Positions 39,421-53,324 of a stretch of 64,000 bases of DNA are shown here, one piece after another (the stretch's first letter is position 1; every line of letters begins with the position of its first letter). Location: positions 40,610,001-40,674,000 of the forward strand of contig OX597825.1 in assembly GCA_951406725.2 (NCBI GenBank), in the 5' to 3' direction. The translations under genes were made by a program, and so were the position numbers. Below the pieces are notes generated by a model. That model saw nothing but the letters and a program-made list of their open reading frames with translations. It made no database searches and was not told the DNA's origin. The DNA comes from Octopus vulgaris (Eukaryota).

Positions 39421-41539
39421 AAGACAGACTATCTCCAGCCTTTTAACATTCAAACAATTCTGCAAATTATATACATTTTTATATCTTCGACATGACAGTT
39501 GCCACCTAACTATGGCATATTAGTCGCTCAACATTAACATCATTCTTTATCTACAAATTAAAGTGATATATCGTTGCTTGTAAGAACGATATTTCATTTA
39601 CTCTAAAATATTTCTTTACAAATTTTCCTTATTTTCTCACATAAGTTCACAATGTATCCATGTTATATAAGCCGAAACAATCTTGCACAATTTCTTATAA
39701 GTCTTCATTCAAATAGTGAAATTTAAGGCAATTTAAGGGCATGGAACTTAAAGTATTTCATGTATAAATCATTCCCTTATACGTGTGTGCATACTTGCGT
39801 GTATGTGTGTATGTTAGTGTGTTTGTGTGTGTGTATTCATAAATACGTGCATAGATATATGCATAGACACACAGTTACGTTTAGATTTGATCTATTTCAC
39901 TGAAGAAGTTCATTGTGACCAAAATATATCCAATATTCTACATCTGGTAAAACTGAAACTCGTGCACTTCTACAATCCGTATTAAATAGATTTTTGCTAA
40001 ATACGGTTTAGATTCCTAAATTTAAAACTTGTCTATTCAGATAATGAATGTGCTCATCAGTAAAAAATGTTAATTATACCTTTACTACGGTTACACCCGC
40101 ATCATTCCATTTCACATTGTATGAATTTAGATAGCTGTTGTAGCCAAATAATTTGAAATAAACTCTGACAACCATATTTAGCCCAACTTCGGAGAACATG
40201 TCATCTTCATCTGTTTCAGACCTTGGGTGTTGAGCTGCAAGCCGACCTATGAATATTTCTTTTGGGTTTAAAATATGTGCAACAATCTCTCGTTCTCTGA
40301 TGTACACAAAGATTAATAACCTTTTGGTTACATTTAATAAAGTCATGTTGAACAGAGCTTCTTGTAGGTTTTGATATAATATCTATTTCATGTTCTTAGT
40401 TAAGAGTTGTAATACATACACTTGAAGACACATTCTTAAATGTTACTGCTGAAGGAATGGTATTACTACTGAGAATTAACTGAAAACGCTAGAAGTGTAA
40501 GCCCTCAAGAAATAGACATGCAGAGACCTCGTCACTGAAAACAGCTTTTATTATCAATAAAAAATAATTTTGAGGACCTTTGTGAGACTTCTACGAATAT
40601 TTCCTTCATTCTGCTTAGTAATTATCAGAACTCTTCTTTTAATTTTACATTAATGAAAAGGTCTCAGCAAATACGTCTTTGTGAAAGGAATAGTTGTTCA
40701 TAATATATATATTTCTAGAAGAAAAATTATAGAAAATCATTTTAGATATAAATTATGTTGTAGGCTTTCTTCTTTGTCACATTTGTTTTAAAAATTTATA
40801 TTTGCATACACAAGTCACAAAATATTGTAATTTTTATAAACATAGTTAGAAATATTTATATTCCTTGTATCTAATTTTATGTTATACACAGAAAAAAATC
40901 AATTTATTTTCTCCTATTATTATGAAATGTTTTGAGATTTTGAAAGCACAATTTCTCAGAAATTATGCACATCTATCTTTTCATTTTAATTTTATTATCA
41001 ATGATTTCATATCTATTTACAATTTCCATTGATATTTAAGATGTATTCTTCTGTTTTGAATAACGTCATTGTTAAACTGAAGTATATTGTTGGCACACAT
41101 TCATTTTAAATCGCTGAAAGAATTTTCAAAGCAATCATAACTGCATATTTCTTATAATACATTTCGCTTTCTTCAACTGGAAACATAAAAAAATATTTTA
41201 TCAATATAATTTACTATGTCATTTTAATATATAAAATATTATTATTCATCTAATTTGCAATTACATTCTACTTAATTTTAGATATATTAAACTTTCGTTA
41301 TATTATTCTAAAAGAACATGAAAGTAAAAATATATTCCATTATTCCATTAGAATGGCTTAATATCTATGTGTAAGTAATGAATACTTAATGAAGAATTGA
41401 AGAAATATATAGCTATCTCCCATTATGCACAGGACATTAAAAAAGAATCCCTCACTCTTTATAATTTATCATTGGGAAAATGTAAGTATATATGTGTGTG
41501 TGCATATGTTTGTGTATGTATGTGTATAAGCGTGTGTCA

Positions 41540-41591
<52 letters not shown>

Positions 41592-42989
41592 ATATATACA
41601 TACACTCACCCGCACACACGCACACGCACACACACACATACACACACACACACACACTAATATATATATATATATATTCACACGTGGATTTATTTACAAA
41701 GAATGCATTATAATGTTGCTTATATAAGCGTGCAATATATATAAGTGCAAGTAGTGTTCGGAGAAATCCAACTTTTAAACTTTAACTTCTTCATCATGTT
41801 TAGATAACCCGGAGTTTAGAAAGTCAACCACGAGAACGATCATCCTTCGGCGGTATAGAAGTAGAAAGTCAAACATACAATAACAGAGGAAAGGAACGTG
41901 TTTACATGAACAGATGCCTAATCAATTTACATGATAAAACTATTTCTTATCCTAACAGCTGTGTTAGATAACTGATGACTGGTTGATATCTAAATGCATT
42001 ACTGTAGATATATAAAAAAGCAATGTAACGGTATCAACTCGTTCTTTGTAGTAAAATCATTATATCTTCATCAGAAGGACCAGGCAAATAACTTAAGTTA
42101 TTGGTAATAAAAATTATAAATTCTACTAACGAGAAGCACAGATAGTCATGAAAGCTGGGTTTATAGATAAATGCACAGAGCTACGATAATCAGAGCTGGT
42201 TGACACATTTTCTTTGCTTTATGTATAGCTACAGCTACAGTATTAACTCAGTTTGGGATTCGTTACTTAATATGCACGAGTATATCGCCCATCCAACGAT
42301 TATATCATAGTGAGGTAAATTGTATATGCATGTTAATTGCAAATGTAACTTACCTTATGAATGTATACCTTATGTTTATTTTTTTACGTATATGTGTGTG
42401 AGTGCGTGTATGTGTATGTTCCTACAATAATAGGAATGATGAGGGTGTTCCTACTACAGCAGGAATGTGAATCAGAGTTGTGGAATGAACAAAGTTTTAA
42501 AGCAGTTCAAATATGTTTGGGATATAATTCATATATAAAAAAGGTTATTTTCACTGCAGTTTTCCGTGAAGAAAATACCCTGTTTAGGCAACAAGTATTA
42601 AAGTATCAACAATGAATTCAGAATGCCCCCAGGGCACCAAGCAAGATGAGTCTGAAATTAGCTTGGAAATCAGAGATTCCATGTATAAATCAATAGAAAG
42701 AATCCACTGTATAAGTGCTCAAATAAATTATGTAGTAGGCTCGGAAAGCAAGTTGGGAAATAGACATATATTTAGATCAATTGAAATATCGTTGAAATAT
42801 AAGTGACTTATAAAAAAGGACATTTTCTTTGCAGTTTGCCTGCGTAAATTTTTTTCAGTTCAGGCAACTACTGATAAAACACCAACAACGCTACATGTGA
42901 CCGTACTGCTTGTAGCATATACCAAAGAGTATGACCCGAAAATCATTACGAAATCATGGCTTCTAATGTGTGTGTGTGTGTGTAGTGGG

Positions 42990-43500
42990 TATATACGTTC
43001 GACGTTTAGATGGAGATATACAAAGGTCGGCCCCCTTAAAAGGACGACGGCCTGCCAATCCCAAGTCATATGAATACCCACGCCTGATAAAAATATTCAT
43101 CAAATCAGGCCAGTAAATAATAGTGTCCACCAACTTGACAACGGCCAACTCCCTAGACGGGACTCTAGAGCTGAAAATGAGCGAGTATTTCCCTTACAAG
43201 AAGCCCAAATCGGAAACTGCTTACATTTGCAGAAACTCGAGTCACCCCACTCACTTTCATTAGATACCTAGTTTCAGACGTTAGCAGAACATTATCTAAG
43301 CTTTCAGACGATAGGGCGATCTTTACAAGGCTGCCCTCCACTACATTGAAGCACTAGGTGCGAGTGGATTTTCTGGGAAGTTAGAATGTAGGTAGTAACC
43401 TAACTCCCACTTCCATACTCGAAGAGAACCAGAAAGCATAACATAATTTAGTTAAACCCTTCATTTACCCTAAAGGTTTCAACCCATGTGGCTAGAGGTT
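42990..43500 (-). mobile_element. Possible highly decayed non-LTR RT fragment
   Basis: More GC-rich block; weak minus-strand ENPLAP/.FNVV and RYL motifs only. Confidence 0.25.
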
Positions 43501-44149
43501 TTTTGTCATTGGCTGAGAAATATTTCCCAAGGGAGCGTAAATTGTATGCGTACATTCCTATGTGCAACAATCATACATACGCAAATACGATCATACAAAC
43601 ATCCTAAACACACTGGTTTTATATGCGTATACAGCAGGCACTAACTCACATGTATTCAAACACACACGCACACACACATACACACACACACACACATACA
43701 CACACACCTACACCATACACACATATACAGCGGATACATACGCAGCTGATATATACAACTGCCACATATACGCGCATGTGAGTACTCACACGTGGCTGAT
43801 ACACGCCCGTACTCTTATGTACACACACCTTGGCAAACATGCAACATTGAACTCATGCCATAAGCTCTCACCCAGATACCATCTTACACACGTGCAAACT
43901 CGTGTTCCACACAAGCATAGCTGATATACACATATAGGCTCCAGACACCCTCATCGAAACAATCATACATTTCGAATAGACACACACACCCTCACTAGCC
44001 ATTTATTCAATGAGTATAAATGGAAACAAATATACGAAGAAATGATTATAAGTTCATAATTATTAACCACTAACTTTCCATTTTCTTCTCTTAATTTGAT
44101 ACGGATTACACCCACCCCCCCGCCATATATATTTATATATATATATTAT

Positions 44150-44277
44150 TCTACCAATTATATAGTTTTTATTATTTTTTTGCAATTTACAATCATCGGT
44201 ATATTATTGTTATTTTACTTTTCTAGATGGTGTAATTTAATTGTTCATTTTGAATTGATAAACGGTGTTTTTTTCTA

Positions 44278-44319
<42 letters not shown>

Positions 44320-44398
44320 GTGTGAAATTTAATTTAGTATTTCTAAATTGAATTTTTCCCTGTAAGGTAGGATTAATATTCCCTCAAATAATTATTAT
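44150..44398 (-). mobile_element. One arm + head of the 22668 foldback family
   Basis: ttttttgcaatttac...ttctagatggtgtaatttaatt.ttcattttgaattgataaa.ggtgtttttt matches 22940-23066. Confidence 0.8.
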
Positions 44399-46391
44399 AT
44401 ATATATATATATATAAATGCCTGTGTCTATGTGATTGTGTGTCTGTGTATTTATATATTTCTGTCATTCAGTATAAACACGGTGATGCTTTTCTACGTTT
44501 CTATTTACTGCTACGAAATTGTTTTGAAATAGAAACACATGCACACAACAATATATGCATATATATTTTTCATCTATCTATGATATTCACTTGACCCTTT
44601 TAGTGTATTTCTCTAACGTCCTTGGTTTCCGAGAAAGACATCAGAAAATATTATCTTACTTCTAAACCTCTTTTTAGATCTCTTTAGAAAGTTTGTTAAT
44701 CATCCTCATCATTTAGTTTTATCTCAACTCCTTTACTTCGGTGCGGAACTTAAAATAGAGAAATATTCTTTCATAAAACTACTTTTTTGTGAAAATGTGT
44801 TATATTGAACTTGTAACTGGGAAATGAAATGCAGAGTTGTTCTTGGCCTAGTTCATAAAGCGAGGAGCCTAATGGTGCAAGCTATTTTACCAACTGTATT
44901 CCGATTCACTCAAACAAACATTGAGTGAATAAGGATGCTTTATTTTCATTCGACTCGTCATCGATTGAGTTCTACTACATATCATTTTAGTAGACTTAGT
45001 TTTAAAATGTGTCAAAGCAGTAAACATCACGCAATATTTCCGAAAGAAAATATCTAGGATTATTTGTGACAGTAGAGTGTAATTTCACAGAGTTCGGCGT
45101 TAATTTTTGAGTAAGCAACGACGCATAGGCTACGTGAATTAATTGTCCTCATGATAATTAAAGAACAGGAGTGTTTAGTGGTATTTGTTTTGTCACTATA
45201 GTCAACCTTGGCCAACATTGATCGAGCAAATTACAATCAAAATGTATTATCATGTCCACATTTTTCTGCAATAGGTATGCATAATTCTAATATATTAGTC
45301 AATGCATGTTTTCATCCTTAAAATGATGTAATTTGAAAGCGTCCTCGCTGTTATACTTAGCAGGAAAATTGATTATGTAGAGGCTCTCTTTGCCTTTGTT
45401 GAAGCTAGTGAAAACGGATGTGTTGTTTTATTTGTTGGCAGTGCAATTCGCTTTACGTTTTTTTTTTGTGCTACATTAATAATGCAGCATTTAATATGGC
45501 TACGATATATGCTACTGGAGCTGCAAATAATTTAGCCGGCGTTTTTATATTTACTCCTTTGTTCGGAAGAAGGACGGTTATAACGATCCCTGTACGAAGC
45601 TCATCTTACTACTCCCATTGTTGGAACAGTTATGTTTGTTTATGACGACTCATCGACTAGTAAACAGACACGGATTTTCTCCAGAGAAGGAAATGTGAAA
45701 AGCTACTGATGATATCTTGGAAAGTTCAAAACTAATTTGTAAAAATCGTTTTGCGTAACAGGAAAATATATTTTTTTTCCAAACATAGTGGAGCTGTGCT
45801 GAAACTTTTCCCTCGAGTAAAAGTTAAAACATTAACACTGATGATGAGGAGAATGATGATGATGAGGAGAAGGATTGAGATAAAGGCAGATTTGACAAAA
45901 ATGGCCACGACGATGATGTTAAGGAAATGGTCATCATCGTAAAGTTAATAATAACTGTAAGGATGTTGATGACAATGATGAGAATCTGTGGTTGTGGCAT
46001 AGAACGTCGTGGTGGTGGTGTTGGTGGTGGTGGTGGTGTTGACTGTCGACCTTCTGTTTGTTGTCGTTGGAGCGTTTAGTGTTTACGTGAATGGTATTAA
46101 TCAGGATGGAGAATACGGCAGAATGACAGGGTGATGCTGCTTTTAATGATAAGAATGAAGAAAACAATGTAGATAGATATGTAGAATAGGTTGATAAGAA
46201 AGATGGGGATATGGAAGGGAGAGGAAAATAAAATAATCCTCATGGATTTAATAGAGCTTTCTTCAATATATTTTTTCCATTGTGAACAATATATTATATA
46301 ATACAGATCTCTATTTAAGAGATGAGGAATTATGTATATTATTTGCATTGTTTACATTTGACGGATATTTGTTCTCACCTTGTTTGTTGTA

Positions 46392-46437
46392 AACACAACA
46401 TTTCGACTAATATATGCTCCAGTCTTCATCAGGTGTC
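46392..46437 (-). ncRNA. Minimal type I hammerhead ribozyme
   Basis: GACAC-CUGAUGA-A-GACUGG(agcauaua)UUAGUC-GAAA-UG-UU-GUGUU: intact core, 6-bp stem II, 5-bp stem I, loopless stem III. Confidence 0.8.
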
Positions 46438-46492
46438 TTGGGGAAATTTCGAACCTGGTTTCCCATTCCTAAGGTATTTTTCGATGTTATCA

Positions 46493-46532
<40 letters not shown>

Positions 46533-46559
46533 CATCATCATCATCATCATCATCATTCT

Positions 46560-46632
46560 GGTCACTGCTTGGAATCGAACTCAGAATATTGGAGTTTGTA
46601 GCCCGTGCTCTTAAGCACTACGCCATATGCCC
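46560..46632 (-). promoter_or_regulatory. tRNA-derived internal Pol III promoter
   Basis: gggcataTGGCGTAGTGCttaagagcacgggctacaaactcc...GAGTTCGATTCCaagcagtgacc (A and B boxes). Confidence 0.75.
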
Positions 46633-46710
46633 ACGGACAAATATCCGTCAAATGTAAATAATGTAAATAGTGTAATATATTAGGTATGTTTTTTTTTTGT
46701 TTTTGTTTTT

Positions 46711-46918
46711 CCAGTTTCAGCTCTTGAGCTGTGGCCATGCTGGGGCACCGCCATTGTGGTGAAAGAGTACAGCAGGGATCACCACCCCCTGCCGGAGCCT
46801 CGTAGAGCTTTTAGGTGTTTTCGCTCAATAAACACACACAACGCCCGGTCTGAGAATCGAAACCGCGATCCTGCGACCGCGAGTCCGCTGCCCTAACCAC
46901 TAGGCCATTGCGCCTCTA
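46711..46918 (-). mobile_element. tRNA(Arg-like)-derived SINE
   Basis: gaggcgcaaTGGCCTAGTGGttagggcagcggacTCGcggtc...GGTTTCGATTCtc; tail ggcggtgccccagcatggccacagctcaagagctgaaac. Confidence 0.85.
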
Positions 46919-48684
46919 CATCTATATCTATTTTCTATATCTTCAATTTATAAATCACGAAACACTGTAAATGTCCCTAGTCATATATAATTATTATTTT
47001 CCCAGGAGTTTTAATCCACGATTTGACGTGTACATAATAAGTAGTATTTACTGCCTTTTGACTGGGAAAAGATAACTTTCACAAATTTTTACTCCCTTAC
47101 AAAAACTATATGAACTAAGCAAATGACATTCTCGAAATGCCTTAAAAACACTTTTCTTGAATTCTTTTATTTGTTTCAGTCTGTAATGATGTAATTGTAT
47201 AGCTTTCAAGAAGTGAACTTCAAAGTCTTCTGCTATTTATAGATGATGCTAAGGACTCAACTAATAATTTGCATGATATTAAAGTTCAACAAACCAGTGC
47301 AACAATACTTCGTCGACTAAATCCATTTGTGACTCATTATATCTCCATCTAATGTAGTGGTATTGAAAATATTTTCTATGACTTTCGAAAACTGGTAAAT
47401 TATCAATTATCCAAAAACTGATAATACAATATTTAATTTAATACGAATTCTTTAAATTTACAATGATAAGACATACAAATTAATTAATGTAGTTAATTCG
47501 CAAACAAATCGAAACAAAGTATATTTCTAATACATTTCATTAGATTAATGTTTATCCTGAAATATTTAATTACTCAAACTAAACACCATAGGAATATTTG
47601 TGTGTTCTATCAATAACTGTTGATAATTACCTAGTTATTGATTTGATACAGACATACTACTGTTTGCTAAATTACAGCAGACTAATGCTAAACCACAAAA
47701 ACAAAACTAGTGCCATTAACAAAATAATAAGACTACAACCATGACTACCATTAACAATGCTAATAACGAGACTATGAAGAAGCCACTGACGTGATTGTTC
47801 ACTCTGCTGTAAATATCAAATATATCGCTCTCAATTATCGCACAAACTTCGTAAACGAAGTATAATTATTATACTAGAGAATGCAGTCCGATGCATTCTT
47901 TATCAATGCAATGGCTGATGTCCATTCCAGTAAGACCTTTGTTCATAAATTCCATTGATCAGAAGTGACTCAGAGCAAAGCAACAACTACATTTAACTCG
48001 ATACTTACACCAATATACATTGTTGCAACATAAACGTCTCCCAGAAAGTTAAAGCAATTACAGATCCATTAATAAAAAAGCCATAACTTCAAAAGTTGCA
48101 GTAACAGTAAATTTGCAATATTTCATCTGGCTGTTTCTATAATACTCTAATCCAAAAGACAAGAGTAATCGCATTCACATTTAACCTAACAGAAAAAACA
48201 GTCAAGTTTTCTGACCTCCCACTCTTTTATGAAATAGTAATACTCATTAGATAGCGTAGCCCACGATAGAAAATATCGGACGATATGGACACACAGATAG
48301 GTAGATAGATAGGTCGATTGATATATATATGCATGTATACAAATATATTTGCATATATATGTATATTATGCGTACATATACAAAACGTATATATATGTGT
48401 GTGGTAAGTTAGACAGCTGTCTTCTAGTATAACCCCGGCCAGCGAATCCTATGTCATCGTAGATGATGATGTTAATTTTAATTAATTAATTAATTTGTAT
48501 CCATTGGATATCTCCATTTTCAAACTTTATAAAAACATATATATATGCTGAAGGATCTGGTCTCACTCGGGTTATAAACTCTTTGCTATAACACAGATAG
48601 ATAGAGAGAGAGAGAGACAGACAGACAGACTTACAGGCAGATAGACGTTGATAGACAGGTAGATAGAGTAGCATAACTACAGAT

Positions 48685-49030
48685 GTGTACAACACCCGAA
48701 TTTGTTGCCTCATAACTTCCAGAAAAATGTATACTTATTAACGAAATTTTCCACAAATACCGCTTAGATGCTGTGGAAGCGGAATACATAATGATTTATG
48801 AGAAAGTTTTCCGAGGGGAGTTTCAGAAAATTCACACTGACTTTTTTTCCCTCATAACTCTCCGGAAAAGGTATATCTTTTGAGGAAATTTTACACAAAT
48901 ATCTTTCAAGCGGCATAGGTTACGATAATAAAGAAATTTGTGGAAGCAATTTGCTCAGAGGAAGTAGGGAGAGGAGTTTCGGATCAGCAAAATCAAATAT
49001 GTTGTGGCCATTCCTTTTTGACGGAGATTT
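48685..49030. repeat. Decayed element with an internal ~145-bp direct duplication (possible DNA-transposon derivative)
   Basis: cctcataacttccagaaaaatgtata...gaaattttccacaaata at 48708 and cctcataactctccggaaaaggtata...gaaattttacacaaata at 48850. Confidence 0.45.
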
Positions 49031-50649
49031 TTCTCATTGTTTATTTTACCACGGCCTTCGAATTGATGGGGCGGGGACATCTTTTTATGAAAAGTAAGTT
49101 TTGAGAATATTTTGTAGAATATTTTATTCTCCACTCCGGACTGATTTTGGCCAATATTTTTTGCACTTCAAAGCTATGGCAGGAGCCTTTTCGGTAGAAA
49201 TATATTTCAAAATTCGCTGATATTTTTAGAAGGAAAAATGAGTGATTTAAAGGAGATTTGGCTGCCGTTTCTAGCACATCTTAAGACAATCCTTCGCGTT
49301 TCTTTCTCACAATGTATTGAAGTTTTTCAATATCTTTCTCCACATAAATACATTTATATTCTATTACAAATGTGAAAAATTATGATTATTTTGCAACCTC
49401 ACTCACTGCCTCCGACTGTTTCTAATTTAAAACACTGGTGATATTGAGAATGTGAATGCTCATATTTATCCAGTGATTTTTAAAAAGGGGCTATGTAAAC
49501 CATAATTCGTTTCCATTGCATACTTTTCTGATAGAAAATGTGTTTTCATAGGCACACATGGCTTCGCTTGACTGAGATGGGGTTAGAAATTTACATTAGT
49601 TCTTTTGTTGCTTATAATCCACCAATGGACAACACGTGCGTTACTTCGGCATAATAATTCCATAAAATATGTTTGATTGGAGACAAAATTGGAAAGAACA
49701 TCGATATATGCGATGATGCAAGAGTGAAAATAGAGGGGTGTTTGGTTGTGCTAGAAACAACAACCAACTCTCCCTTGAATCGCGCACCTTTTCGTCTGGA
49801 TATATTCACAATTTTTTCACCGAAAAGGCTCCTCCCATGGTCTTTATTTCTTTCAGTAATTTATCGTAGTTGTTTGCAAATAGTGAATTAAAACTTGAAG
49901 TATAAACCTTAAAGTAGAAAGTGAGAGGTTTTGCAAAGGAAAACGGAAAATTTAACCGTTGCTACGTCAATACCTGGAGTTCATGTTGAAAAACCTTTTT
50001 AAAGAAGTGAATCATAGATATAAAGCAATATTATTTATTTTTAATAAAAAAACAGAAACTGACGACCCTATTATGTATCCGAGGTCAAATTACTCATGCA
50101 TTCCAATTATGGAAGCATTCGCGCAGCCCTTTTCGCGTGAAAAGGGAATACACTCACGCACAGGTGTATTTTATATATATATATGTATGTATGTGTATAT
50201 ATATATATATATATAATATGTACAATTATATTTATATATATATATTTATGTATGTATGCATGCATGTGATGTATGCGTTTGTTTTTGTCACTCTGAAATT
50301 GAAAACGGCTTGGTTTTTTAATGTTCGTGTATCCAGACACTTCGGCTAAATATGGATCATACTTAAATATGGATCATGCTAAATATGGATCGTACTTAAA
50401 ATACATACCGTGACCGACTTAAGTGACCAAATATTTCCTGCCAATGCCCTAGCTTGGTTGCAGTCTAGTGGCCGAATCAGATAAAAGAATACTGAAATGT
50501 TTATGTATGTCTTTGTGAATCGTCTTTATCAATACTCGAAGGATATGAATATCAGAATGAGAATGGAATAAATAAAGCAGCTACATGAGAAGTCACGATG
50601 TTTCTCTAAATCAAACTACAGAAAATTCTGTTCTATTATCAGTCTCCAA

Positions 50650-50855
50650 ATTTTGGCAAAAGGTCATCAATTTTGGCGGAGGGAGTAAGTCAATTATATC
50701 GACCACAGTGATCAACTAGTAATTTTTTTATCGACTCCGAAAGGATAAAAGGCAGAGTCGATCTCGGCAGAATTTGAATTCGAAACGTAAAGGCGGATAA
50801 AATGATGCTAAGCGCTTTGCTCCACGCTGTAACGATTCTACCTATTCGTCACCTT
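50650..50855 (-). mobile_element. Meta-domain SINE, decayed
   Basis: tatcgactccgaaaggataaaaggcagagtcgatctcggcagaatttgaa. Confidence 0.8.
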
Positions 50856-52799
50856 CATTTTCTACTATTAATGCCATCAATAATGCCATGAATCAGTTTC
50901 TGATTCGTTTAACACTTGCATATAATGACATTGTACTTCACTATTTACAACATGATTGAAAATCTTTGTAACTTTCTAGAATACGCACTTTCGCAATTCT
51001 AGACTGTTGTTGCTGTTTCAGGGTAATAGATTTTCAATTTTTATTTTGTCTACGTCTATATAATCAGTCAGTATAGAATTCGATACTTATGACATTCATA
51101 TTTCGAAAACAGATACCACATTAGAAAGAATGCAAATTCAATAAACTGCATCACGTAACTTCCACAATTGCAAGAACAGAAATACAATACAATAATCATT
51201 TAATAGAGCCAAATAAGTTCACCTTTCCTCAAATAAAAGGAAAGAAAACTTTCGCAAACTAATTTATTGCTACTATTTTCAATGCAAAAGGTTACTAGAT
51301 AATATATATAAAATTTCAAGAACGTTTTATGCACTAGGACCATCATGTAGAGGTGGAAAGTTTTCCTTCGGTGTGAAATTGGTATATATAATAATATTTA
51401 CATATGAAGTTAAAATGTACCTCGCAACTCTATGTAGCAATCTAACACGATGAAAATAGGTAAGTTAAAATACTATTAAAATGACTTAATTTTTAGAAAA
51501 TAGAACTAACAGTTATCGGCTCTTAAATTGTAATGCATTCTCTAAGGAAGCAACAGATAGACGGTTTGCTTCTGTCCACTAGGCTTCTTTTTTTCTTATT
51601 CACTCTCAGATTAGTGCTCATATAAAAACAAAGTTTGTCTCTGTTGTAGACGGCTTCTATGTAATTTTTTTACCCTTAAGTTACGCAAGTAATTGAATTC
51701 CGAAGTGTATTTTGTTAGTATTGACGGGGTTCAGTGACTATATCATTACGTTAGGTTATTTCATGAAGATTCAATTGTTCAGATCACATCAAAGACAATG
51801 CATATTTCGTGACATTAAAAACTTACAAATGTTCATTGTCAATGTTCCTCTTTCACTAGATTAAAATAGTTTACTAAAAAATTCAATTTCTCGCATCATG
51901 CAACTATTGTTGGTCTACGTTTAATATTGCAATTTTTCTGGCCGGTTTAGTTTTTTATTGTTATTTTGTGTATGTTAAATAGCTCACACAGTGCATGTCG
52001 TGCAAAACTCTTTAATTATGCAACGATACAAATGATTTCAACCAGCGAATTATATTTCATTCATTCATAGATATTTCAGACATTATGAAGAATTGATTTT
52101 ACATTTTGAACTCTTTCTACCATCCCCCGATTTTTCTTGCTATGAAATACTGTGGCCAATTAGCCAAGTTTGAAATGGAAGATGTCTAATTGTGTTGTGT
52201 TTATGCTGGCAATGCAGACTCAAAATCATTCCATAGTTAAAGGAAAATAGATTTTTATTGTCATGTATACACGAAACCAATTGCTATATTGTCTTTTTAC
52301 AATCAACTTACTTGATACAACTCCTTGATACAACAAACAAATAAACCCTAAATCTTGCCTACACCATGACACAGAAATGTAATTTTAAAACTTGTAGTCC
52401 TAATTATTTCAAATCCCGGATATTAACAGCTAGAACAACGTTGTTCAGAGTTACTCGATCTAGGCAGAGAAGATCAATACCTGACAATTATGAGGAAACA
52501 ATAACATGGAGAACACCCAGTACGTTTTTATATCCTGCCACAGAAGTTGGTATAGATAAATTATGCAGAGAAGTGTTAATCAATGTGTTCACACGACGTA
52601 CTTTGCGAAACTACCAAAACGCTCTGACTACTACCGACCACTACTCTTTATAGGAGTTCGGCTAGTCCATTCTTCCAATCATCCAGGGGTGTCAATGACT
52701 CTCGCCACAACTTCTCCCATCTGTAAGATTGTCTTCCGTTGGAATATTTTTATTTATTTTTACGTTGTCACTTTTATATCCTAACGACTGGTTGCCATA

Positions 52800-53314
52800 T
52801 GTAATGTAATTGTTACCCAACTCTTAGGTAATATTGTTCGTTTTTTGCACACAGCACTCTTGTTTTTGTTCACTAAGCATTCTTGTTAGCAGTATAGTTT
52901 TTCCCTCGAACGGAATTAGTGCGATTTTTTGACCTCAAGAAAACCTCTCGAGCTGGTAAACACTGCACAGCTGCATCCGATATATTGTCAGCAGGGGAAT
53001 CGAATTTTTACAACATTCTAGAGACGGAACTAACACAGTAATTCGAACAACTACCATTACGGCAACTTACGCATTCGATACGAGTTCAACGCGGAACTAA
53101 CACACCGACTCTTACCAGCCTCTAGCACAATTCTTCAACGACTTCTGCTGACTTGCCGCCTTTTCACTGGACATGATAGCTATTTTACTGTTACCACTTT
53201 AGCTGCTGAGCGCGATCTTCCAGATTTCTCCAATTTATCGATGTCCCCGAGCACGCAACAGGTGTACCCACTGCGACAATTTATGCTGAGTGTGACTGGT
53301 TGTACTGGGTTACA
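52800..53314 (-). mobile_element. Candidate LTR (~515 bp)
   Basis: Minus strand TGTAAC...TTACA termini; preceded by ggaaagg and followed by ta-TGGCAACCAG (PBS-like). Confidence 0.5.
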
Positions 53315-53324
53315 CCTTTCCAGT

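Larger units (their letters stand above)
46312..46670 (-). mobile_element. tRNA-headed, hammerhead-containing element with an inverted terminal piece
   Basis: tRNA-like head 46632-46560, (GAT/AAT)n, hammerhead 46437-46392, inverted repeat 46340-46373 / 46636-46669. Confidence 0.85.

Noticed and set aside
39895-40062. ctgaaga...aactgaaac (+) and ctgatga (-) motifs
   Set aside because: No valid NUH triplet or stem I complementarity; compatible with chance.
46560-46918. Possible functional tRNA genes
   Set aside because: Acceptor stems are degenerate and each continues into a repeat body; these are SINE-type heads.
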